In this document: positions 1 through 8,323 of the stretch, piece after piece
Layout of the letters: the number at the start of each line of letters is the position of its first letter
Numbering within the stretch: position 1 is the first letter of the stretch
The notes under the pieces: generated by a model
What the model was told of the DNA's origin: nothing
Seen by the model: only the letters and a program-made list of their open reading frames with translations
Database searches by the model: none
Translations under genes and position numbers: made by a program
Source: Capitella teleta
Lineage: Eukaryota
DNA: 14,559 nt
Direction: 5' to 3'
Assembly (NCBI GenBank): GCA_000328365.1
Contig: KB294684.1
Location: 235,904 to 250,462 of the forward strand

Positions 1-347
1 CTCCTTTATCGTGTGCGCTGAAAACTGAGGAATATCGCGAAAACGTCACGCCAATTTGGTCGCGCGCTTCTGCTTGTCTTGCTCGATTTGTTTGCATGTA
101 TTTCAGTTTGTTTTCGGTGTCAGCTTATCTGAACCGTCTTTTTCAAATTCCAATACTAATATTGTTTATGATTTTATGAGTACCTGAATATGAAATTAAT
201 ACGGCTGAAACGATAATCTTGAAGATATATCAGCAGGTCTTTGGCGTCCAAGTCATCCAATTGGGAGCATAATTATAAGGTAATGGCGAGTGAGTTTTAA
301 TACGTTCTTCATAGGTGCCCACATTTCAAGCAAACTGAAAATCATTG

Positions 348-948
348 TCATTGTGAGGGATGAATTCCACCCAGTAACAAGGCTTTCAAAGTTTTATATC
401 GAATGGTGTCGGCTTCTGGGGTCGCATTGCTTGCTTGTTTTTCGCTTTTTGTTTCTGTCAAATGCTGCTCAACATGAAAACTGCTGTCCAGTGAGAGTTC
501 TTTGTAAACAACATCGATTTTCCCCATCAAATTTCTCATACTCGTTTCATTCCTTATATGGCTGAGCATTTTTCTGCGATAATATGTCCTTTAAAGTGAA
601 GAATATTCAGAATGTCCTTACACAGGACCAGAATGTCTGCAATATGGCTGAGACCTTTGCCATCCCATGAGTTAAAATTATGAGAAGCAACGCGTGTGCC
701 ACGCAAAACCGATAATGCTGATGACTTTCAGCAGTTTGCTGGCCTGCACCATGTTGCTCGCTCCATCCATCATGGGCTGAGTACAACTTGGTCAGTTTGA
801 CAGTTTCAATGAACTGGCTCAATTCTGCAATGACATGCTTGACAACAGATTCGGCATTGTGTGCGTCTTTCGTACCGGTTGAATGCATGTTTTCAACAGT
901 TGGTTTGATTGCTAAAAAGAAGCGATGTTGCCTAGCTATCATGCACAA
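348..948 (-). mobile_element. Degenerate hAT-superfamily transposase remnant: two adjacent minus-strand ORFs (948-607 and 569-348) that are internally deleted or frameshifted.
   Basis: Seen in sequence, plus family-motif knowledge: ...LYSAHDGWSEQHG... resembles the hAT 'tDgWTS' catalytic-region motif. ...HYRFCVAHALLLII... resembles the hAT 'RCFAHTLNLVV' motif. The spacing between the two motifs (~20 aa) is far shorter than in intact hAT transposases (~90 aa). No C-terminal hAT dimerisation motif or TIRs were found, so this is a relic at best. Confidence 0.28.
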
Positions 949-1489
949 TTTGATGCACTCACCTTCTTAGACGACAACCTGAATTAAGACTTAAATACAT
1001 TATGTACATGTACACGTGTATACTAGTATCACATAGTGTTCTTAATACATGCGTTGTATAAGCAAGTTGCCAAGTTCTTTTTGTTCAATCACTGTCTCCA
1101 TTGCAATGTGTATCTATAACAGACTATTTTATTTTGTTCTTGAATCTTAATAAAACGTATTATCAAATCCTCTGTATTTTACACTGGTCTATATACTATT
1201 AGAGACAAATGTTATGCGTGTAGACCTTAGTGAGTGAAACGTTACTACTAAATCTAGCGTAATCAAGTGGGCCCAGAACCAACATTGTAGAATGTCATCT
1301 GTTGCGTGGCGCTGCAGTACAAATTATCTGTTTTGTTTTGATTTTAGTAGATAAATATCAGTGCTACAATATCAACAAAAAGCACTCACAAACAATAGAA
1401 TACTTTTTTCCTTCCAATTACATGTACGTACATGTATAGTAATTTAAGAAAAATAGTATTTGATGCATGAAGATTATTAATAATGCGTG

Positions 1490-1580
1490 CAATTTAAACG
1501 ACCGGCGCCCAAAAATGTTTCGCACGTTTTCTGCCGCTCGCGGCTCAACATCGTACTTCCGCGAAAAACGTATATCTTAG
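1490..1580 (+). promoter_or_regulatory. CpG-rich island-like patch ending in a consensus splice donor (CTTA|gtgagtg at ~1575). It is a candidate promoter or non-coding first exon of a + strand gene, possibly the MVP 5' UTR exon.
   Basis: Seen in sequence: gaccggcgcccaaaaatgtttcgcacgttttctgccgctcgcggctcaacatcgtacttccgcgaaaaacg is strikingly CpG-dense against an AT-rich background. The short ATG ORF it contains (MFRTFSAARGSTSYFREKRIS) has no MVP similarity, and its phase does not join exon 3573. Confidence 0.25.
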
Positions 1581-2529
1581 TGAGTGTTTTATTGAACATT
1601 TGTTCTTGCAACTTTTTCATTGTCGTTACTTCTTGAGCAGGTCGTTACTTACGCGATGTGCTACGTACCATAATTCCACTTAACTTGTCTGTCCGATCAC
1701 TACGTAGGTAGTATGGTATTCGATCCTTGTGAAATTAAATGTTGGTAAAACTCTCCTTCTGTTATGTAATCACTAATTAAAATTTACAATGTACGATGCA
1801 TTCCCATTATTATGCACTGTAAGGCGTGCACAAAGATCACCCACCCCACGCATGCTAGTATGCAACGGGTCACCAAGTGCAGCAGCTTGCATGTTCACAA
1901 CGAATAGAGCGATGCCTTATTTCGGCATCCAGTGACGCCTATTCATGCATGGTTCGGGGTTGAAAGGTAAAAGAATCAAAATATCATAATATTTTTTTGG
2001 TGCACTCTTTTGATTGCGATAAAGCGGCATCAACGTTGACAAAATTGGAATATAAATGAAAGGGATATAGCAGCATGAAATGTTAAATTATCCATAACAA
2101 GTATTTATTTCTCTTATCTTTGGGCGGTTTTTACACGGCGACCTGTTTTGTAACACTTTCTCGTCTTTAGGAATACGTTTTAGCACGAAAGAAGTATTTA
2201 TAAACACGGCCTAATATGGCACAAGTCTCCAGAACTAGCAAGTGTGAGATCATAACGCACAAAATTACACGATGACATTATGATTTCTGAATTGAAGCAC
2301 TAAATGCTCTGTGCCGATAATTGTTGCTCGGTCTTTCTGAAACATTTTTCTTTACCCTAAACAGACATACATATATTTTATGCTTTATTATTGACACGGT
2401 GGTTGTCAATTCACATTCCAAGATGCAAGGCGTCTATGGCATCAAACCGTTTCATTTCGTTCATATTTTGGACTTGGTGCGTTGAATATTTAAATGTTTG
2501 TTTTGTATAATAATGTATTATAATTAAGC

Positions 2530-2544
2530 TATATATATATATAT
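2530..2544. repeat. (TA)7 dinucleotide microsatellite.
   Basis: Seen in sequence. Confidence 0.9.
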
Positions 2545-3369
2545 TATTATAGAATATAGGAAGTGACTAAAGTTACATACCTGTAATCCCAAGTTATAGA
2601 CCTCAAAATTAAGCCTAGGAAAGCATCTGTATTAATTGTATGCATAATAAAATTATAAAATTATAATATTATAACCGAGTCTCCACTCCAATTTTTGTGC
2701 GTGATCATTTGCACTAAAATTATAAGTAAAATCATTATAAGAAAACAAGACTACATTAACCCAATGCCAATGACATTTTTTTCAGTGAGAAGAATTTGAG
2801 AATTACTACTTTTCTATGCTTTTTTAGTGATACAAGGTGAATCATTTTGTTTGATATTCTTCATATGCATCCATTACCAATTAACTTAAGACTGCATATG
2901 CATGTGTATGTTGATAGTCTCTTAATTTGACTTAATAAGGAATTTCCAACATCAGATCTGTAAGTTTAACATTATGTCTAAGGATTACGGGTCTGTAATT
3001 TAACTTTATAATTTGCCTATAATTAAATTGGTAATTTCCTATTTGCCAATTGGTAGCTGACTAGCTAGCTCCCCAAGCTGCAGCATAGTTTATACACTAC
3101 ATCCTGGATTTGTTAACAGTTGTATTACATTTACATCAAATACATTCTGAGTAAAAAATAGAAGAATACTAACACAGATACTTAGATACAATAATCACAT
3201 GATATAGTACCTAATTATATTACAGCATCTACATCAGTATGCCTAATTTTTATCGACAAGTATACTTGAGAGAAAAAACAGAAATCAACATCAAAGAAAG
3301 TTTATAAAAAATTCTTTGTCGACACCTAAAAGCATTGAAATGAATGACAAACTGAATATATAGTATAAA

Positions 3370-3420
3370 CTTGAAATTTCGCGCCTTTCGTGGAAATCAG
3401 GCCGGCGTCGAATAAAAAAT
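3370..3420 (+). promoter_or_regulatory. Second small CpG-rich patch (ttcgcgcctttcgtggaaatcaggccggcgtcgaat), about 150-200 bp upstream of the first recognisable MVP exon. It is a candidate proximal promoter or TSS region.
   Basis: Seen in sequence only; the role is an inference. Confidence 0.2.
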
Positions 3421-3572
3421 TGAAAACGGATTATTTCTAAAAGAATCAACAATTATTGACCTGAGATAGACAAAATGCCATCTGAATATTCTCATATACT
3501 GAGATCGCCACTGACAAATAAACTACACTGCATGTCACAATCTATGCACTACTGGAGTTAGATTTTTTTCAG

Positions 3573-6500
3573 AACTCAAACGTAACTCGAGTCGAAGTGG
3601 GCCCTTTGACAATCGCTTTGAAAACAAATGAGTCAGTGGTTGCTGGCCCCCATCCCATGGTCATCGTGCCTCCGGGTCACTACTGTGTCATCCTCAACCC
3701 TTGCTGGTCAGTGGTCAAGCTCTTAGGTGATGCAATCATACTCATTTCAACTTCTTATAGTGATCACTCTTCAGAAGGAAAGCTGTGCAAATTGAAACAT
3801 GGTTTTCGTGATATTCGCTTCTTTAAGGTGAGAGCAGTTTGTGCCAATGTTATTGATTATATCTTGCTTCAATCAAAGGAACCTTTCCCTCTTTGTCCTG
3901 GTGAAATTCTAGATGGTGCTGAGTCATTTCTGGTATCTGGGGATCACAAAGCAGCTATTAAGGTGAGTGGTAGTCAGGAGATTATTTGTGTTGCAGTAAT
4001 GATATTTGCAGGCTCTGCCTGTGATTGGGTCGTCTTCTGCTTTGATTCTGGAAGCTGAGGTTGATCACAAAGACGGAGACGTTCAACGTCGCTCAGGAGA
4101 GCTGTGGCAAATCGAGGGACCATGCACATACAAGCCAACCTGCCACGCTGTGAGTCTTACCCTTGCGGCCAGGAGCAACAGATTCTAATGCTGAATGTTG
4201 CAGATCATGAAAGGAATGAAACAAGCGGAAATTCTTAAACCAGGTCAAGCGCTACGTCTGAGAGCCGAACAGGAATTGATTGACCGAAGCGATAAGTAAA
4301 GACATAATCCTCTCAATGTGAAGATGATTAGATTTCTGTTTTTTTTTTTTTAATCTTTAGAAGGCGTGTGACTGATGAGGAATGGTTGGTGACTACGGCC
4401 GGCGCTTATCTCACTGGGGTTTACGAGGCAGTTGTCGGCATCGAGGAGGCGTGGACGCTAACCCCCGATGTTGCGCTTCACCTCAGAGCTTCTGAACGTG
4501 TGACTGACTCAATAGGCGTCGATCGGTTCCCAGGGGAGGAGTGGATTGTCACAAGGGCTGACATGGAGATGCTCTATCCCACCATAGGAATTGTGAGACA
4601 TGCATACTGCAATGTGAACACTTTCTTCAATATATTTTGTCATAGGAAGTTGTTGCAAATGTGAAGAGGACAGTTCTGAGACGGAATCAATTCTGCGTTC
4701 TTCTCAATCCAGTAGACCAGAATGGACGACCTCAGTTGGGAAAGAGGAAGGTCATTGAGGGCATTGCAACGTTCTTCCTCCATCCCGGTTTGTGCGCAAT
4801 ACTTGTATTTATAAGTTGCATCATCCTTAAGTGTGCAGGTGAACATCTGGAGAACGGAATCCAAGTGGCGTATATTCTGACCAATGCTGAGGCTCTCGTT
4901 CTGCAGTGTCTGGAAGCATTCTCAAATGGTTGATTCAATATTGAAGCAAAGAATGATTCAACTGATTACATCTTTATTTTGAAACAGAGACCGAGAGGAG
5001 GTCTCCTGGTGAGCGGTGGATGATAAGAGGTCCAAGGCAGTACGTTCCGACAAAATTTATCAAGGTGGTCGAAAAGAGAGAAGAGATTTCATTGGCCGAC
5101 AACCAAGGAATCTACGTTAGAAACGTCAAGAGCGGCCTAGTCCGTTCTGTCATGGGACCACAAAGCTACATCCTGACCGAAAATGAAGTTTTCTTTGAGA
5201 AAGAACTGTCCAAGAATGTTGAGGAAATGTTGAAGTGAGTGGAATTAACTGACAATACTGTGTAATGATAATCTGATTGTGTCTTCAGGAGGGGAGGGGG
5301 TATGGGTGCCGAAGACATCCGAAAGATTGCCTACTTTGAACAGTGCATTGATCCGACCATTCTAAAAGGGAGAGACAAGACATGAGTTGTTACGTATCGT
5401 TGCCCCCACAACACTGCCTGCCAGGTTTATGATTTTGCGAAGAAGAAGGCGCGGGTGACCTTTGGACCTGACCTAGTTATTTTAGGTCCAAACGAAAATT
5501 TCAACGTTCTCAGTTTGAGTGGTAAGATTTTCGTAGAATTGTTAACATTTCATTGACTTTTCTTGGAAGCTGGAAAACCTAAGAAGACAAATGCATTGAT
5601 GAGTTTGGCACTGATGTTGGGCCCTGATTTCATCACGGATATCATCACCGTGGAAACATCTGATCACGCCAGACTTCAAATCAAATTGGCGTTCAATAAT
5701 CGTTTTGAGGTTTGCATGACTGCACTTCAATTTCCAGACTTTCAGCTAATGGTTTCTATTTATCTGCGTAGTATGATCCGAATGATGACAAGTCAGCAGC
5801 GAAGCTTTTCAATGTTCCGGATTTTATTGGATTCGCAGCCCAACAAGTTGGTTTGTGATCTCCACACTTTCTGTTTTTTATTGTTACCTAAAATTGCTCT
5901 TGCACAGCGAGTCACATCAGAGCTGCGGTAGCGAGGATTTCTTTTGATGAATTTCATCGCCATTCTTCAAAGATTATTCAAAGTGCTGTGTTTGGTCAAA
6001 AATCGGAATTGAAGTTCTCTGCTAACAACCTGGTTTGTGTCATGGGATCCTCTCATTGCATGATGCAAGTTTCTTTCTCTGAAGGTGATAAGCAACATTG
6101 ACATTCAGAGCATTGAACCGGTCGACCTAAAGATGCGAGACAGCCTCATGAAATCTGTTCAAATGGCAATTGAAATTTCCACCAAGTAAGAGTGTGTGGT
6201 GTCCCTTGGTTGTCATAGCAACTTCAATTTCAGCTCGATTGAAGCCACAGCGACTCACGAAGCGACTCGTTTGGCGCAAGTGGCGTACGGAAACTTGGAG
6301 AGACAGAAGATATCAAACGAAAAGGAGGCTGAGAAGGAGAGAGGCCATCTCCTGCAGCTGCAAGCGCTGTCTGCAGCTGTGGAATCAACGGGACAAGCGG
6401 TCGCTGAGGCTCAGGCAAAGGCGCAACGCATGAAAATTGAAGGCATCAGTCGTATTGAAGGTGACTTCAAACTTTCGAATCAGATCTTTTAATTTTTGTT

Positions 6501-6940
6501 TCAACACAGGAGCAAAGCTGAAGGCGAAGGCTGCTGATATTATGCACAGCGTGGAGTTGAATAACCTCTCTTTGGTAATTGCATCACTCACTTGATGCCC
6601 TAGCTCATTTCTTCCCAATCAGCTAAGGTCTTCGGAATTGGATTTTGAGAAAATGATGCACGAATTGAACTTTGAAAGAGCTCACCAGATGTCTGATATT
6701 GAGGTGAGATTTCATACAATAATCCCCATATTTACTTTATGCCTTTCTTGACAGGTCAGTAAATTTTCCGCCATGATCAAAGCAATTGGCGCTGATACAC
6801 TGAAGTCTATCGCAACCGCTGGTCCCGATATGCAGGCGAAACTGCTCTCATCGCTGGGCCTGGAATCTGTGTTGCTCACTGACGGAAATTCTCCCGTTAA
6901 TCTCTTCAATACCGCTAAAGGTCTTGTTTCAGAAAACTGA
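3573..6940 (+). CDS. MVP: Major vault protein (MVP) gene, 5'-partial. Exon 1 (expected ~20 aa ending ...IPPYHYIHVLD) was not located. At least 18 coding exons: 3573-3706, 3761-3827, 3879-3962, 4012-4149, 4204-4295, 4361-4592, 4646-4787, 4839-4928, 4988-5234, 5289-5521, 5570-5709, 5772-5850, 5908-6032, 6085-6185, 6234-6460, 6510-6574, 6623-6703, 6755-6940 (stop TGA 6938-6940 followed immediately by TAA).
   Basis: Seen in sequence: exon translations align collinearly with human and rat MVP across the MVP repeat domains, the shoulder/cap-helix region and the C-terminus (e.g. [27 protein letters not shown]; [12 protein letters not shown]; [19 protein letters not shown]; [16 protein letters not shown]; [28 protein letters not shown]; [29 protein letters not shown]; [13 protein letters not shown]; [19 protein letters not shown]; [27 protein letters not shown]; [33 protein letters not shown]; [37 protein letters not shown]). 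Every junction has a GT donor (gtgagt, gtaaga, gtttgt and similar) and a pyrimidine-rich AG acceptor, and the codon phases match across all 17 introns. The exon nucleotide total is 2463, a multiple of 3. Exact placement of the first two donors (3706 vs alternatives; 3962 vs 3934) is less certain. Confidence 0.88.
4339..4351 (+). repeat. T13 homopolymer forming the polypyrimidine tract of MVP intron 5 (acceptor tttag|A at 4360/4361).
   Basis: Seen in sequence. Confidence 0.85.
5383..5385 (+). other. MVP: In-frame TGA stop codon inside MVP exon 10 (5289-5521). It sits at the position of the conserved Arg in the human motif NKTRVVSYRVPHN; here the sequence reads [12 protein letters not shown].
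   Basis: Seen in sequence: the frame is fixed by the phase-2 donor of exon 9 (TTGAA|gtgagt at 5234) together with the acceptor tcttcag|G at 5288/5289, and downstream by the conserved [17 protein letters not shown] block. No GT...AG pair can remove the codon without deleting conserved residues. The context acaTGAg is consistent with CGA to TGA transition at a CpG. Confidence 0.8.
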
Positions 6941-7561
6941 TAAGAAAAATGAGTCATTGTGAATTTAGGTCAAATTTCTGTGACCTAGATTTTATTCAAA
7001 TTTCTTCAATTTTTGTTTTTCAAATCATGTAATATTTTGTTTTAAATGACACAATTTTGTATTGAACAAAATCTGTGATGAATTATGGTGAGATACTTTC
7101 TGTTTAGAACTGTGATATTTTTTTCTGGTTTTCAGGCTGATATTGTTGTGCTAAATTTATGCACATTTATAAAGAAAGCATAAAATCTGAATTATTTAAA
7201 TTTTTTTGTATTTGCAATTGTACTTTTTTGAGTGCTTGTCAAAATAGCACACGTGTTTTTTGCACTTGTTTCAATGTTGAATTTCTAAGTGAATTTGGTT
7301 GTATTCTTCTGTGAGGAACAGAGATTATATTATACATAAATATTGGGTTTTTTGAAGGTTAAAAGGTTGAATCCTTTGATCGCGGTATTTAACGCCAGAA
7401 TCAGGAAAATGTCAATGGCTTGTGACAATCTCCATGGAGTCATTCTGGCAGGTAACAGTGTTCATGTCCTTTGCTTCAGGTCAGGCAGTGCATATTTTAA
7501 TCTAGATTTAATATTTTCATAATTATTCTCAAGAGTTTTAACTCCGAATTTCTAACCTGCA

Positions 7562-7567
7562 AATAAA
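7562..7567 (+). terminator. AATAAA hexamer on the + strand, about 620 nt downstream of the MVP stop. It is a possible MVP polyadenylation signal; a second copy lies at 7633-7638.
   Basis: Seen in sequence. There is no canonical hexamer closer to the stop. Confidence 0.2.
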
Positions 7568-7756
7568 ATTGAGTTGCATCAAAACACATTTACGGTATGT
7601 CGATCTGGGATGTTTTAGTAAAGCTTTTAAGGAATAAATATTATATAATTCAAAGTGTTATTCAATTTTATTCAACTTCATACTGATATATATATTATAT
7701 ATCACAGAACCAGAAATGCAATTGATGTTCACGTGCTGATTTGTATCTTTTCGGGT

Positions 7757-7864
7757 TCAAGAGGTCGGAACGCCTCTCCTTCCTGGGTTATTGGTGGACG
7801 TCAAACGGGCGATCTTTTCTTGGCGTTGTTCCAGCTCTCTCCAACGACTCTCCTCCATCATATG
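7757..7864 (-). other. Candidate alternative 3' terminal coding exon (35 codons plus TGA) for the minus-strand gene, or a separate small ORF. Translation: HMMEESRWRELEQRQEKIARLTSTNNPGRRGVPTS*.
   Basis: Seen in sequence: a locally GC-richer block in AT-rich DNA. A strong acceptor cttttacaaatcaacag|CAT lies at 7865-7867 on the reverse complement and is phase-0 compatible with the phase-0 donor AAG|gtatgt at 8470. The charged, coiled-coil-like composition resembles the upstream exons. It competes with the nearer acceptor at 8387/8386. Confidence 0.22.
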
Positions 7865-7935
7865 CTGTTGATTTGTAAAAGTTAAATTTGTGTGAATAAT
7901 GTTTTGATATTCTGTTAATTACAAATGATTGGTCC

Positions 7936-7941
7936 TTTATT
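7936..7941 (-). terminator. AATAAA polyadenylation signal on the minus strand (reverse complement of tttatt), about 385 nt downstream of the TAA at 8324 of the minus-strand gene.
   Basis: Seen in sequence. The function is inferred from its position in the convergent 3' intergenic region. Confidence 0.3.
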
Positions 7942-8323
7942 TTAAAGCCCAGATTTCAAGTGAAAAGTCATCCATTTTTGAGAGAAACGTGAGAAGAGAT
8001 TTTGTCGTACTAAAAATAGTTGCATACTGATCAAAGTCACAACATGTAGTAAGGTAAAAATGCCTCCATTTCCCCTAAAAAAACCTGAGGAGGCCAATTA
8101 AAGAGGAGGGAATGTTACACAAGAATGATTTGAAATAGGAAGAAAAATCATTTACTAACTATAACTGGAAGAAGTTTCCATCAAATGTAAGGTAAAAACT
8201 GTGCATGAAGCAAAGATGTTCAAAGTGAAAATTTCCTGTCTTAAAGAAGTAATTGGATTTCAAATGGAATTTAAAAATACCAATCAGGTATTAGAAGGAA
8301 ATGATAATTGAAAAGTGCATAAA

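Noticed and set aside
290-970. Plus-strand ORFs 290..565 and 788..970.
   Set aside because: They are opposite-strand readings of the hAT-like remnant region and have no homology.
1796-1825. Mini-ORF MHSHYYAL followed by a consensus gtaagg donor, considered as MVP exon 1.
   Set aside because: The donor leaves phase 2, while exon 3573 is phase 0. The peptide is too short and only vaguely like YHYIHVLD.
3476-3562. ATG ORF MPSEYSHILRSPLTNKLHCMSQSMHYWS immediately upstream of the first MVP exon.
   Set aside because: It is in the wrong frame relative to exon 3573. There is no usable in-phase GT donor, and it has no MVP similarity.
4640-5730. Minus-strand ORFs 4640..4864, 4732..4938 and 5542..5730.
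   Set aside because: These are antisense to conserved MVP exons. They have no homology and are chance ORFs.
6170-6618. ORFs 6170..6433(+), 6196..6492(+, partly genuine), 6230..6418(-) and 6385..6618(-): basic or Pro-rich peptides.
   Set aside because: They are alternative-frame or antisense readings of MVP exon 15 (6234-6460) and its flanking introns. The true frame is the one that matches the MVP cap-helix sequence.
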